Shown: positions 9,324 to 19,779 of the stretch, one piece after another | Numbering within the stretch: position 1 is the stretch's first letter | How the letters are laid out: each line of letters opens with the position of its first letter | Assembly (NCBI GenBank): GCA_016213445.1 | Contig: JACRAJ010000001.1 | Location: forward strand, 142,203 to 206,202 | Reading direction: 5' to 3' | Origin: Candidatus Azambacteria bacterium | Lineage (GTDB): Bacteria; Patescibacteriota; Minisyncoccia; UBA10092 | Length of the DNA stretch: 64,000 nt | Notes under the pieces: generated by a model | The model's database searches: none | Told to the model about the DNA's origin: nothing | What the model saw: only the letters and a program-made list of their open reading frames with translations | Program-made: the position numbers and the translations under genes

Positions 9324-11357
9324 CTATCCTTTTCTTTCTTCAAGGGGCGGAATTTTTGCGTACGGACCCACCACGGTTATTGCAGGCGCTTCTTTTTTAA
9401 GTCCTTCTTTCTTTTCTTCTTCTCCAAGACTTATTTTGAAGAATGTACTGCCCGGAGATTTTTGAATCCACTTTGCTAAACGGGGATTGTCAGTTTTAAA
9501 TTGTTCAATGCCGATTTCTTTAATTCCGTCTTCAATTGCGTCAATTATGTCGCTACGGTCATTTTTGGCGGCGTTCATAACGTGTTCGCCGGTGAATTTA
9601 TTCGCCATCACCGTTATAACTTCTTTATTTTTCAGCGACAGTTCGTTGATTTTGAAAGCGTCCGCCGATTTAATTTTTCCTATTATTTCATCCAAGGATT
9701 TTTCGAGAACTTTTGCCGATTCAACGGGAAGCGTCGCGTACAATTCTTTTTCTATTCCGTTATTTTTAGCCCTGCGGACAAGTTCTTCCCTTTGTTCGAT
9801 GTTATAACCGTTTTTATCGCTTAATTCGCCCGGCATTTTATCCGCGGCGATTTTAATGAAGTCGCCTTCTTTCCCGTACCGTTTCGCTTCATCAAGCATT
9901 GGCATTAATTGCTCCGCGGTTGGTTTGAATCTTTTCTTTTCCATCAGCGTTTGCCGTACGGCTAAGCGTTCTTGAGGCGCCAAAATTCCCTTTTGTGCCT
10001 GCTCAAGCACGGCCGGATCGACATTTTTGTATTTATCGTACGCCGTGGAATAAGCTTTTCGCTCCGCTTCGAGTTGTTTCAAGTAAGCGCCTCTTACGCC
10101 GGGAACGGCAACCGCCGCGCCGCCGATGGCGGCGCCAATTTTTCGCAAACCGCCTCGCAAACCGGTTGGCGGCGGCGCGCCTTCAGGCAATGGCCGGGTC
10201 CATTCAAGGCCTTTTCTGCGCGCGTATCTTCCCGCCCAGTTTCTAGTACCCGTTCCCCACTTCTTTAATATATCTTGAGAACCTTTTGCTCCGTATACTC
10301 CAAAATTCTGCGCCACGATGAGGGCGCCGAACATCAGCGCGATAACCAAAATCCACTGGAAAATCGCCGAAGGCAGTGAAACCTGGGTTAATCCGTCGGC
10401 CACCGTATTCCACCCCTGCGGCGACGTTCCGAAAAACACGTCGCCGCGGATTTTGCCGCTCTGGTCAAAAATCGACAGCGAAAGGTAAATCATAAAAACA
10501 TAAATAGGGGCGAAAAAAGCCCACTGGATAAATTTATTCCACCACTGGCTGAAATATTTGCTTGTCGCCGGCAAAATCCAAAGCATCCACACGATGGGCG
10601 CAAAAATCAGCAGCATCCAGATATATAGGATTCTCACGATTAAAAATATGGCCGTGGCGCCGAAAACGAACACGGTAATCACAAGGCCGATTAAGGTTAA
10701 AACCATACCCACAAGACCTGCGACGGCGCTTGCTCCGAATTGGGTTATGCCTTGCATCACGGTAGTTGGCAACGCCGGATTGTAAAAATTAGTGATTTTC
10801 ATGGCGTTCGCCAGTTTTACGGTGATAGTCGTAAAGCCTTGGCCCGTGGATTGTTTTATGAAATATGTCGTTAAAACTTGCGTGAAGTCGATGATAAATC
10901 CGGCTATTACCAGGCTGAAATTCACCAAAAGCGCCGCCACCAACACTTTCCACCAAAGCTGTTTTATGGCGTACGACTGAATTCTTAAAACCGTGGAAAA
11001 AGCGATGACCAAAAGAATTAAAATGAGAAACATATTGCCGAGGTCGCGGGTGATGCCCCATCCAAGCTTGACAACCATGGCATTGGTGAAAGAAAAATTG
11101 CTGGGAGAAAGAATGTAGTCGATTATTTGGGCTTCAAGATAGAGTATTACTCCAAAAATGGCGCCGAAAATCGTGCTGACGAAATCAGAGATGCCGAGCA
11201 AAGCCTTGGCGCTTATCCAACCCAGAAGTGTGTCTGCGATGCTACTATCGTCTTTTTCCGCCGCGACAGCGGAAAACGGGAAGATAAAATTAAAAACAAT
11301 TACCGCAATTACGATTAATCCGAGATATTTTTTATTTTTTGTCAAGAAGTTTTTCAT
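9324..11357 (-). CDS. VirB6/TrbL-like polytopic membrane protein
   Basis: GW.ITRDLGN, ALLVNFS...IID, R..YIWMLLIFAP..W, WW..F..WAFFAP; cluster context. Confidence 0.75.
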   Translation of the reverse strand: MKNFLTKNKKYLGLIVIAVIVFNFIFPFSAVAAEKDDSSIADTLLGWISAKALLGISDFVSTIFGAIFGVILYLEAQIIDYILSPSNFSFTNAMVVKLGWGITRDLGNMFLILILLVIAFSTVLRIQSYAIKQLWWKVLVAALLVNFSLVIAGFIIDFTQVLTTYFIKQSTGQGFTTITVKLANAMKITNFYNPALPTTVMQGITQFGASAVAGLVGMVLTLIGLVITVFVFGATAIFLIVRILYIWMLLIFAPIVWMLWILPATSKYFSQWWNKFIQWAFFAPIYVFMIYLSLSIFDQSGKIRGDVFFGTSPQGWNTVADGLTQVSLPSAIFQWILVIALMFGALIVAQNFGVYGAKGSQDILKKWGTGTRNWAGRYARRKGLEWTRPLPEGAPPPTGLRGGLRKIGAAIGGAAVAVPGVRGAYLKQLEAERKAYSTAYDKYKNVDPAVLEQAQKGILAPQERLAVRQTLMEKKRFKPTAEQLMPMLDEAKRYGKEGDFIKIAADKMPGELSDKNGYNIEQREELVRRAKNNGIEKELYATLPVESAKVLEKSLDEIIGKIKSADAFKINELSLKNKEVITVMANKFTGEHVMNAAKNDRSDIIDAIEDGIKEIGIEQFKTDNPRLAKWIQKSPGSTFFKISLGEEEKKEGLKKEAPAITVVGPYAKIPPLEERKG

Positions 11358-11366
11358 AAAAAAGAA

Positions 11367-12926
11367 TTACGGAGCGGGCGTTGCGCTTGAACAAAGAGTC
11401 AGTTGTTGTTGATAAGAACTCATGGCCTGTTGTTTTTGGCTGGCTTCGTTTTGCGCGGCCAAAACCAGGCTGTAAGTTGCCGCCGGGTTGATAACGCCGG
11501 CCACCTTGGCCCAAACGGAAGGAATTTGCGTTACATCGGTTATGGCTTTTATTTCCTGTTCTTTGGTTTGGAGGGCGATAATATCGGATTGGATTTTGGG
11601 AATTTGATCCGATATATTTGATACCGCGCTTTGAACGGAAAGTATGGTTGAAGCCGTGCCCGCGGCCAAAGCGGGCGACGTCGACGCCTGACAGTCTTTA
11701 AGTTGGTTTAAAATACCGATTGATTGATTTAAAATAAACAAAGTGCTTTGCTTTGCTCCCAAAAGCTGATTTTGATACGCCAAATCTTGCTCTATTGTGG
11801 CTATGAGGTTATTTTTTTGGAATTCTCTTATATCCGCTCCGCTTTGTATCGCGTTTATACAGTTGTTGTACGCCGCCGTGCCCAAAAGTTGGGCGCATTG
11901 ATATTGGGCGGAAGAGGCTCCCCCGCCTCCGCCGCCGCTTGTGCTTGCGCTGGTTGAGAATGCCGAATGCAAAAGCCCGACTCCTTCGGCGAACACTCTG
12001 TTTAACAACGCGTTAACGATCGCTCCGACATAAGCGGCGAAATCATTGGCATTGACAATGTAATCGATGTCCGAGCCGCCGGCTTTTGCCGCCATGTCGC
12101 CGACAAAGGCGCCCGGAGTTACAATGCCTCTTTTGTTGCAAGATGCCGCGTCGCATTCTTCCGCGCTCAATCCACTTGCCAAACATTGCTGGTATCCTTC
12201 GTAATTTCTTTCAAGACATCCGCCCTTGACGCTCAAAAACCCTCTTCCGGCTTGAGCTTCGGCGGCCGCGGCTTTGGCCGCCGCCGATTTTTCGATTTCA
12301 TACTGGTCCCAAGCCATAAGATACGCGCCGTAAACGTTGTTTTGCGGCCTTAACACCATTTCCTGCCAAGCAACCCAGCCGCCGCTTCGAAAATCTTTTA
12401 GAAACGCATCGAGATTCGCCCCAACCTTGCTTAAGGTGCAAGCGCTGCGCGTGGAAAATGTGGGGATCGGAATAAAACCGGCGCCCAATAGCGCCTTAAA
12501 AGGCGAACAAAGATTTACCCCGTATTTTGAATTAAAGTTGTCAAGAAAATGGCCGGCGGTCTGGTCAACCGCATCCCGGAAAAATCCGGGCCAGTCGGTT
12601 ATGAATTTAGGATCGCCTCCCCCTTGGATCCAGCGGACGATCTGATCGACTATCATATTTAAAAGTTGCCGTTTCAAAGCCTCCCCCGCCGCTTTGAACG
12701 ACCATTCGAAAAAACCTTGTGTCGTATTGGCTACAGTCGACGCAGATCCGATACCAGTAGCTGCGGCTATAATATTGGAATTAACGAGTATATCCGATGT
12801 CATTAATTGCATGCCAATATCTTGCACTTCCAATGTAGCATGCGTTGTTTTTGGAACGCTTGAAAATAAAATAGCGGCGAGTAAAAAAAGTATTGCGGTT
12901 TTTTTATTAAAAAATTTCGGCATCAA
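11367..12926 (-). CDS. Exported Cys-containing hypothetical protein with C-terminal coiled coil
   Basis: Signal peptide; 519-aa ORF in the same operon. Confidence 0.7.
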   Translation of the reverse strand: MMPKFFNKKTAILFLLAAILFSSVPKTTHATLEVQDIGMQLMTSDILVNSNIIAAATGIGSASTVANTTQGFFEWSFKAAGEALKRQLLNMIVDQIVRWIQGGGDPKFITDWPGFFRDAVDQTAGHFLDNFNSKYGVNLCSPFKALLGAGFIPIPTFSTRSACTLSKVGANLDAFLKDFRSGGWVAWQEMVLRPQNNVYGAYLMAWDQYEIEKSAAAKAAAAEAQAGRGFLSVKGGCLERNYEGYQQCLASGLSAEECDAASCNKRGIVTPGAFVGDMAAKAGGSDIDYIVNANDFAAYVGAIVNALLNRVFAEGVGLLHSAFSTSASTSGGGGGGASSAQYQCAQLLGTAAYNNCINAIQSGADIREFQKNNLIATIEQDLAYQNQLLGAKQSTLFILNQSIGILNQLKDCQASTSPALAAGTASTILSVQSAVSNISDQIPKIQSDIIALQTKEQEIKAITDVTQIPSVWAKVAGVINPAATYSLVLAAQNEASQKQQAMSSYQQQLTLCSSATPAP

Positions 12927-12935
12927 AATATAAAA

Positions 12936-13745
12936 TCAAGATTGATTGAATTTTTTTACGAACGCATTGAATTTATTTTGCAGATCCAGCCAACTTTGCA
13001 AAACAACTTTAAATTGTTCCGTCGCCGCCATTGCGCCCATAGGGTCGTTTTCAATGTTGGCAAACGCCCTTAATACATTCGCGGTGATTCTTAACAGCCG
13101 GATTTCGTCTATCGTTAAATTTTTTAAACTTGATGGAACGGGTATTTGTTCGAGTTGGTCGGCAGCTGTTTCATAAGCGGTTATTATCGGCGAAAGTTTT
13201 TCCATTCCGGTGTCATTGTTTGCGACTATGCTGTTTAACGTATCAAAAAGGGAACCGAGGGGCTTTAAATTTTTATTCAATACCGCCTGCATTTCCAAAA
13301 TATATTTTTTTATCGCCGGCTTACTATTGTCGTTTGAAATTTTAAGGCTTGGCGGATTGATGTTTAAAATGTTTTCATTTGCTTTTTTCAGTCCGTCGGA
13401 AATAAAATTTTCCGCCATGGCGTTTACATCGGGCGCGTTAAGCCCCGGATTTGACGAATCGATTTTCGGGTTCGAATTTTTGGAGATTAGTTCCTCTGTT
13501 AATTTTGCCGCAAAATTGTCGGTTATGTTTTGCGTTCCCCTGATTGTCGGGATGATATTGTTTGAAAGATCGCCGATTTTATTATCCGTTAAGTTGTTTG
13601 TTTGATTTTCGTCGGCGGAAGCGAGGTAATTGGCGCCATTATTGTTCACATATACGGTTTTTGAAGCCGGCGCAAACGCAAAAACGCCGAAAGCGACTCC
13701 GGCCGATATCGCGAATGCGATTGCAAAGCGGTTTTTTATAATCAT
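12936..13745 (-). CDS. Membrane-anchored hypothetical protein
   Basis: N-terminal hydrophobic helix; 269-aa ORF. Confidence 0.7.
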   Translation of the reverse strand: MIIKNRFAIAFAISAGVAFGVFAFAPASKTVYVNNNGANYLASADENQTNNLTDNKIGDLSNNIIPTIRGTQNITDNFAAKLTEELISKNSNPKIDSSNPGLNAPDVNAMAENFISDGLKKANENILNINPPSLKISNDNSKPAIKKYILEMQAVLNKNLKPLGSLFDTLNSIVANNDTGMEKLSPIITAYETAADQLEQIPVPSSLKNLTIDEIRLLRITANVLRAFANIENDPMGAMAATEQFKVVLQSWLDLQNKFNAFVKKFNQS

Positions 13746-13823
13746 TTCATTAAATTATACCGCAAAAAATTCTCTTGTTAAAGCGGAGTTTTTACGCAAT
13801 ATGTGGATAACTCGAATAGCGAT

Positions 13824-13971
13824 AAAAATAAAATCAAATATAATTTTTCTCGCGCGTTCGCCCCGCCGGCGCGGGGCTCTCTGTCCGTTCTCGCCCCGAC
13901 GCTCCCGCTACGCGGAGACCATGCCGTCGGGGCTGCGGAAGCTGCGAAAAATTATATTTGATTTTATTTTT
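13824..13971 (-). repeat. Structured dispersed element, copy A
   Basis: 26-bp perfect terminal inverted repeat (13824-13849/13946-13971) enclosing the conserved GCATGGT, CGGACA and GAACGCGCGAG motifs. Confidence 0.9.
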
Positions 13972-14806
13972 CTTTCTTAATTTTGTATGGAATTTCGGTT
14001 GTCAGAGAAAGCCATTGTTTCAAACTTAAATTTTCCGCTCTGGCGTTTTCCGGAATATCCAGTTTTTTGAATATTTTCGCGAGTTTTTCTTTTGGCGCGC
14101 CGAATTTTTTGGAAAGGTTTCCGATTAGTTTTTTTCTCGGCTGGGAAAAGCCGGCTTTAACAGTCGCAAAAAACGCGCCGCGCGTCTTTTGCGGCGGCTT
14201 TTTGCGGGGAATGATTTTTATTATAGCCGAATCAATTTTTGGCTTGGGCCAAAAAGCTTCCGCCGGAACATAATCGACAATTTTTGCGTCGGCGTAAAAT
14301 TGAACGCTTGCCGCCAAAAGATTCGCGCGAGGAGGTTTTGCGCATATTCTTTGCGCCACTTCTTTTTGAACCATTAAGACCATTAATTGCGGAGGTTTTT
14401 CGGCTTCCAGCCACTGCCGTATTAAAAAAACGGCGATGTTATATGGCAAATTCGCCGCAATTTTATATTTTTCGAGCGATAGGTTTCCGACACCTATCGA
14501 TCGGGCGTCGGCGTGGACAATTTTTATGTTTGAAAAATCGGCCAGCGTTTCTTTTAAAATTGAAATCATCAGCGGATCTTTTTCAATGGCGGTGATTTTA
14601 GCGCCGGCTTTCGCCAGTTCCCGGGTAAGCGCGCCAAGCCCCGGCCCGATTTCGACAATCGCATCGCTTTTCTTTATTTCCGCGGCGGCAGTCATTTGAT
14701 TAAGGGCTTTTTTTGACAAAATAAAATGCTGGCCAAGGTATTTTTCCGCCCTCGCCCCGTGTTTTTTCAGCAGTTCTTTTATTGTTGTCTTGTCGGTTAA
14801 GTCCAT
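13964..14806 (-). CDS. rsmA: 16S rRNA dimethyladenosine transferase
   Basis: LGQHF, VEIGPGLG, ANLPYNI, MVQKEVAQR, P.PKIDSA. Confidence 0.97.
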   Translation of the reverse strand: MDLTDKTTIKELLKKHGARAEKYLGQHFILSKKALNQMTAAAEIKKSDAIVEIGPGLGALTRELAKAGAKITAIEKDPLMISILKETLADFSNIKIVHADARSIGVGNLSLEKYKIAANLPYNIAVFLIRQWLEAEKPPQLMVLMVQKEVAQRICAKPPRANLLAASVQFYADAKIVDYVPAEAFWPKPKIDSAIIKIIPRKKPPQKTRGAFFATVKAGFSQPRKKLIGNLSKKFGAPKEKLAKIFKKLDIPENARAENLSLKQWLSLTTEIPYKIKKEK

Positions 14807-14818
14807 ATTATTCCAACC

Positions 14819-16687
14819 TTATTTCCGGCAGGTCGTCTGCGCCGAGCCGTATCCGTCGACCAAAGAACGGAAATTAACCAGATTCTGCGGCAATTCCATT
14901 ATAAACCGCGACGGCAATGTTTCTTTCTTTTCGCCCCACAACGCGCGTTGTTTTGCGAACAGCAGTTTTAAATATTTTTTCGCCCGCGTCATTCCAACGT
15001 AGCAAAGCCGCCTCTCTTCTTCCAAATCCTGAAAAGAATAGGCCGAACGGGAATGAGGCATTAAATTTTCTTCGGCTCCGGCGATAAAAACAGCGTCGAA
15101 TTCCAAGCCTTTCGCCGAATGGAGCGTCATTAAATTAAGCTGTTTGCCGGCGCCCGCATTTCTTTCCGTTTGCATTAAAGCGACCTCGGCGAGAAAATCT
15201 CCGATATTTTCATGCATCCCGGCCAAGCCGATAAGTTCTTTTATATTTTTAATTCTTGATTCAAATTCCGGTTCGCCGTCCGGCCCGAAATCGGGAAATT
15301 TTTTCTCCAAATAATCGTAATAGCCGGTTTGTTTGACGACGGCTTTTACGAATTCCGCCGGCGATAAAATTTCGGTTTGTTTTTTTAAATTTTCCCAATC
15401 GGCAACCGGCTGTCCGCCTTGGGCGGCAAACGCTCTTTTGCCGATAATTCCGACGATTCTTTTCAGGCTGATTTCATCTTTCGGGCTTTGCGCCAGCCGC
15501 AAATAAGCCAAAACGTCTTTTATTTCTTTTCTTTGGTAAAATTTTACGCCGCCGATTATGCGATACGGCAGGTTGGCGTAAAGGCAGGCTTCTTCAAGAA
15601 CCCGGGATTGCGCGTTGGTTCGGTATATCACGACAATTTCATCAAGATCGATGCCCGAATATTTGTTGAGATTTATCGCTTCGTTCACGATGAATTCGGC
15701 CTCTTTCCTTTCGTTGGCGGTTTCAATGACTTCTATCAGCGCTCCCGGAGAATTTTCGGTCCACAATTTTTTTTCTTTTCTTTCGGTGTTTTTTGTAATA
15801 ATTTCATTGCTGGCGTTTAAAATGTTTCCGGTGGAGCGGTAATTTTGTTCAAGTTTCACCAGTTTGGCATCGGGATAATCTTTTTCAAAATTCAAAATAT
15901 TTCTGAAATCGGCATGCCGCCAGCCGTAAATCGCCTGATCGGGGTCGCCGATGGCGAAAATATTTTTGTATTTTTGCGCCAGAAGGCTTATTAAAAGATA
16001 TTGGGCGCGGTTGGTGTCTTGATATTCATCAACTAAAATATGCCGGTATTGTTTCCGGTATTTTTCCAGAATTTCCGGCCGCGACTGCCAAATTTTTATC
16101 GGCAATATTATCAAATCGTCAAAATCGACTGCATTGGCGGCTTTGAGGCGGCTCTCATAGAGGTTATAAAAATCGGCGAATTGTTTTTTGTAAAAATCGT
16201 CGGCGCCGGCATTTTCGTAATCTTTCAATTCGCTTTTTATTTTGGAAACCAAATTTAAAAAAGAAGCGGGTTTGAATTTTTCCCGCGACAAGTTCATTTC
16301 GGCCATAATGTCTTTGGCCAAATTAAGCGCGTCGTCTTCGTCGTAAATAACGAAATTCTTTTTATATCCCAAACATTCTATTTCTTGCCTTAGAATTTTT
16401 ACGCCGAAGCTGTGGAACGTGCCTACAAATAAATTTTCAATTTTCAATTTTAAATTTTCAATTTCAAGGAGTTTTTTTATTCTGTTTCTCATTTCTTCCG
16501 CGGCCTTATTGGTAAACGTTACCGCGAGTATGTTTTCGGGATTTATTCCTTGCGACAACATATGGGCGATGCGGTGGGTCAAGGTTTTGGTTTTGCCGCT
16601 GCCGGCGCCGGCCAAAATCAAAACCGGACCGCCGATGGTTGTCGCGGCCTCCCTTTGTTTTTCATTTAGTCCGGCTAATATATTCAT
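14819..16687 (-). CDS. pcrA: ATP-dependent DNA helicase UvrD/PcrA
   Basis: AGAGSGKT, VDEYQDTN, EQNYRS, TLHSAKGLEF, EEERRLCYVGMTRA. Confidence 0.95.
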   Translation of the reverse strand: MNILAGLNEKQREAATTIGGPVLILAGAGSGKTKTLTHRIAHMLSQGINPENILAVTFTNKAAEEMRNRIKKLLEIENLKLKIENLFVGTFHSFGVKILRQEIECLGYKKNFVIYDEDDALNLAKDIMAEMNLSREKFKPASFLNLVSKIKSELKDYENAGADDFYKKQFADFYNLYESRLKAANAVDFDDLIILPIKIWQSRPEILEKYRKQYRHILVDEYQDTNRAQYLLISLLAQKYKNIFAIGDPDQAIYGWRHADFRNILNFEKDYPDAKLVKLEQNYRSTGNILNASNEIITKNTERKEKKLWTENSPGALIEVIETANERKEAEFIVNEAINLNKYSGIDLDEIVVIYRTNAQSRVLEEACLYANLPYRIIGGVKFYQRKEIKDVLAYLRLAQSPKDEISLKRIVGIIGKRAFAAQGGQPVADWENLKKQTEILSPAEFVKAVVKQTGYYDYLEKKFPDFGPDGEPEFESRIKNIKELIGLAGMHENIGDFLAEVALMQTERNAGAGKQLNLMTLHSAKGLEFDAVFIAGAEENLMPHSRSAYSFQDLEEERRLCYVGMTRAKKYLKLLFAKQRALWGEKKETLPSRFIMELPQNLVNFRSLVDGYGSAQTTCRK

Positions 16688-16874
16688 GTCTGATGGGATT
16701 TAGTATAGCGGCAAATTCTTCAATCTCAAAATTTCAGCGTGCGCGGCAATAATGGCTGGGGATAACTACCTTGACCGGCGGAGTGGCCGCTTGGTAAAAT
16801 TAAAAATACCAGCTTGGCAGATTTGCTGTTATTACTCTTAATTTTGGCTTATTTATACCATTTTTAGACAAATT

Positions 16875-17690
16875 TTGCTGAAAGGCAAAAAACACCCCTT
16901 GGGGGCGTCTTTGTTTTTAATTTTGGCTTTGATTTTTGCCGCGCATTCCTTTAATTTTGGCGACTTGATCGGAAAAATCGGATTGGGAAAAGACTCGATT
17001 GTCGGCGGCGAGGTTACAGAAATCGTGTCGGCGCCTTCATTGACTGACGGATTGAGGGAAAATCCAATGTTTCAATCGGCTTTAGCCGCTTCCGCGGAAA
17101 TAAGCGGCGGCAATGACATTGATCTTGAAAGCGCTCCTTATGACGCGAGAGATCTTTTAATAACCGGAGAGGATTCGATTCTTCAAAACCAAAATCCGAT
17201 GACCGAGCCGCCGGTTGTTGAGCCAAAGTCTTCGCCGGCGCCGGCTAGGCCCAAAAAAGCGCCTTTGCCGCGCTATACCGCCGGTCCTTATCTCGACGGC
17301 TATTTTATTTTTCCAACCAACGGTTTCAATCGCGGGAAGCTTCACGCTTATAATGCCATTGACATATCGCGCGGCGACAGCTGCCTTTCCGAAAATATTC
17401 CGGTTTACGCGGCGGCTTCGGGGGCGGTATCGGCGGTTTATCCCACCGACAGCGCCAGTCGTTATGCCAACGGCGGCTACGGCAACAATATTTTAATTCT
17501 TCATCCTAACGGAGTTTCAACTCGCTATGCCCACCTGAAATCAATTTTAGTTTCAACCGGCCAATACGTTAATCAAGGAAGCATTATCGCTTTTATGGGC
17601 GGCTATCCGGGCAATGTCGGTTCGGGCAATTCAACGGGCTGCCACCTTCACTTTGAAGTCCGCGGCGCCAAAAACCCGTTTGTGAGGTAA
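16875..17690 (+). CDS. M23 family metallopeptidase
   Basis: AIDIS, GGYGN, RYAHL, GNSTGCHLHFEVR; N-terminal TM; start uncertain. Confidence 0.9.
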   Translation: MLKGKKHPLGASLFLILALIFAAHSFNFGDLIGKIGLGKDSIVGGEVTEIVSAPSLTDGLRENPMFQSALAASAEISGGNDIDLESAPYDARDLLITGEDSILQNQNPMTEPPVVEPKSSPAPARPKKAPLPRYTAGPYLDGYFIFPTNGFNRGKLHAYNAIDISRGDSCLSENIPVYAAASGAVSAVYPTDSASRYANGGYGNNILILHPNGVSTRYAHLKSILVSTGQYVNQGSIIAFMGGYPGNVGSGNSTGCHLHFEVRGAKNPFVR

Positions 17691-17702
17691 ATTGCTTGAT
17701 TC

Positions 17703-17857
17703 TAAATAAAAACCAAATATAATTTTCCTCGCGCATTCGCCTCGCCAGCGCGAGGCTCATTGTCCGATGAAAGCATTTTATTTTTCCGCCTAAAGCGGAA
17801 AAAACCATGCTAAAATGTTTTCATAAGCTTCGGAAAATTATATTTGGTTTTTATTTA
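17703..17857 (-). repeat. Structured dispersed element, copy B
   Basis: 26-bp perfect terminal inverted repeat (17703-17728/17832-17857) with the same internal motifs. Confidence 0.9.
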
Positions 17858-17867
17858 CTTATCAATA

Positions 17868-19406
17868 TTAAACATCCTCTCTCGGCCTGTATTGAAGCGC
17901 TTCGGCCAGGTGCCGGGGTTTTATATTTTCGCAATTATCCATGTCGGCGATGGTGCGGGAAATTTTCAGCAGGCGGTGATATGTCCTGGCCGAAAGTCCC
18001 ATCGAGCTGACCGCATTTTTCATCATTTTTTCCGCTGTTTCGTCCAAAGCGCAATATTTTTTGATGTGGCGGACCGACATTTCGCGGTTGGTTAAAATAT
18101 CTTCGTTTTCAAACCGCCTCGCCTGGATTTCTCTTGTTCGGGCCACTCTTTTTCTCACTGTTTCGCTGGTTTCGCCGAAACTTTCTTTGGCCATTTCCTC
18201 GTATTTCAAACGCGGCACCTCAACATGGAGGTCTATTCTATCCAAAAGCGGGCCCGACAGTTTTCTTTTATAACGTATTATCTGGCTTGCGGCGCAAACG
18301 CATTCTTTCATGTCGTCGTTCAAATATCCGCAGGGGCAGGGATTCATCGCCGCGACCATCAAGAATTGGGCGGGGAAAGTTAAACTGCCTTGGGCGCGGG
18401 AAACCGTTACCCGGTTTTCTTCCAGCGGCTGCCTTAAATTTTCCAAAACGTCGCGGGAAAATTCGGGAAATTCATCCAGAAAAAGAACGCCGCGGTGGGC
18501 CAAAGAAATTTCTCCGGGTCTTGGCCACGCGCCGCCGCCAACCAATGACACGCCCGAAGCCGTGTGATGCGGCGCGCGAAACGGACGTTGCGACAAAAAC
18601 AGCCGATCTTCTTTTAAAAGTCCGGCAACGCTCCAGATTCTTGTCACTTCAATCGCCTCTTCAAGACTTAACTTGGGCAAAATCGAAGCCAAAGCTTTTG
18701 CCAAAAGGGTTTTTCCGGAACCCGGCGGACCGGAAAAAATAATATTGTGGTTGCCGCCGGCGGCGATTTCCAAAACTCTTTTCGCTTTTTCCTGCCCGCG
18801 GATCAAAGCCAAATCAACGTCGGGTTTTTCTATGAAGTTTTTTTCAAGTTCTTTGTTCAAATCGGAATTTTTATATGCGGTTAACAATTTTTTGTTTTCA
18901 AGATGTTCCAAAATTTCATTCAAATTGGCGGCGCCGACGATTTCTATGTCGGAAACAAGCGTCGTTTCGGCGATGTTTTCTTTCGGAACGAACAAGGTTT
19001 TGAAACCGCGATTTTTTGCCTCGATTGCGATTGACAGCGCGCCGTTGACGGGCCTCAAGGCGCCGTTTAAAGCCAGTTCGCCGACAAAAAGTTTCTTTTC
19101 CGGATCGAATTTCGTCTGGCCGGAAATAAGCAAATATCCCAGCGCTATCGGCAAATCGTACGCCGGCCCTTCTTTTTTCAAATCGGCCGGCGCCAGATTG
19201 ATGGTGACTCTTTTGTTGCGGCGGCTTGGCGGGGAAGCGCCGGAATTTTTCAACGCCGCGGAAACGCGGTCTTTTGATTCTTTAATGGCGATATCGGGCA
19301 GTCCGACAATGTTGAAACTAAAAAGGCCGGGCGACAAATCGCACTCGACCTCCACAATTTTCGCGTTTATTCCGCACAACGCGGCCGAATAAAGTTTAGA
19401 CGACAT
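17868..19406 (-). CDS. comM: YifB/ComM Mg-chelatase-like AAA+ ATPase
   Basis: IVGLPD, NLAPADLKKEG..YDLP, GPPGSGKT, PFRAPHH, GEISLAHRGVLFLDE, NPCPCG. Confidence 0.95.
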   Translation of the reverse strand: MSSKLYSAALCGINAKIVEVECDLSPGLFSFNIVGLPDIAIKESKDRVSAALKNSGASPPSRRNKRVTINLAPADLKKEGPAYDLPIALGYLLISGQTKFDPEKKLFVGELALNGALRPVNGALSIAIEAKNRGFKTLFVPKENIAETTLVSDIEIVGAANLNEILEHLENKKLLTAYKNSDLNKELEKNFIEKPDVDLALIRGQEKAKRVLEIAAGGNHNIIFSGPPGSGKTLLAKALASILPKLSLEEAIEVTRIWSVAGLLKEDRLFLSQRPFRAPHHTASGVSLVGGGAWPRPGEISLAHRGVLFLDEFPEFSRDVLENLRQPLEENRVTVSRAQGSLTFPAQFLMVAAMNPCPCGYLNDDMKECVCAASQIIRYKRKLSGPLLDRIDLHVEVPRLKYEEMAKESFGETSETVRKRVARTREIQARRFENEDILTNREMSVRHIKKYCALDETAEKMMKNAVSSMGLSARTYHRLLKISRTIADMDNCENIKPRHLAEALQYRPREDV

Positions 19407-19779
19407 GTTCCATATCGGTTTTTGCGGCGGGATTGGCTTTCAGCCTGTCTTCGGGAATTTCCGCGCCGCAAGTTTCGCAAGTTCCGTATGTTCCTTTTTC
19501 GATTTTTTCCAGAGCGCCATTAACGTCTCTAAGCCGCAATTCCAACCGGTCGGAAAGCGCTTTATTTGTCATATCCTCGTCGGATTCGTTGACGCTTATT
19601 CCCCCTTCCAATTCTTCTTCGCTGGTGATTTCATTTTCTTCCCATTCGGAATGTTTAATATCCCAATCGCCTTTTAAATTCGGATCGGGCGTTGCGATGG
19701 TTTCCAGTTCGCTTATCAAAAGATCGCGTTCTTTTTCCAGCGCGGTTTTTAATTCATTTGTCGTTTTTTGGTCTAACAT
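19396..19779 (-). CDS. TraR/DksA family protein
   Basis: AL.KIEKGTYGTCETCG.EI...RL.ANP.A; second CxxC replaced by DMEH. Confidence 0.85.
   Translation of the reverse strand: MLDQKTTNELKTALEKERDLLISELETIATPDPNLKGDWDIKHSEWEENEITSEEELEGGISVNESDEDMTNKALSDRLELRLRDVNGALEKIEKGTYGTCETCGAEIPEDRLKANPAAKTDMEHVV

Noticed and set aside
17760..17775. Hammerhead-like CCGATGA in element copies B and C
   Set aside because: Not CTGATGA, absent from copies A and D, and the bases lie within a stem
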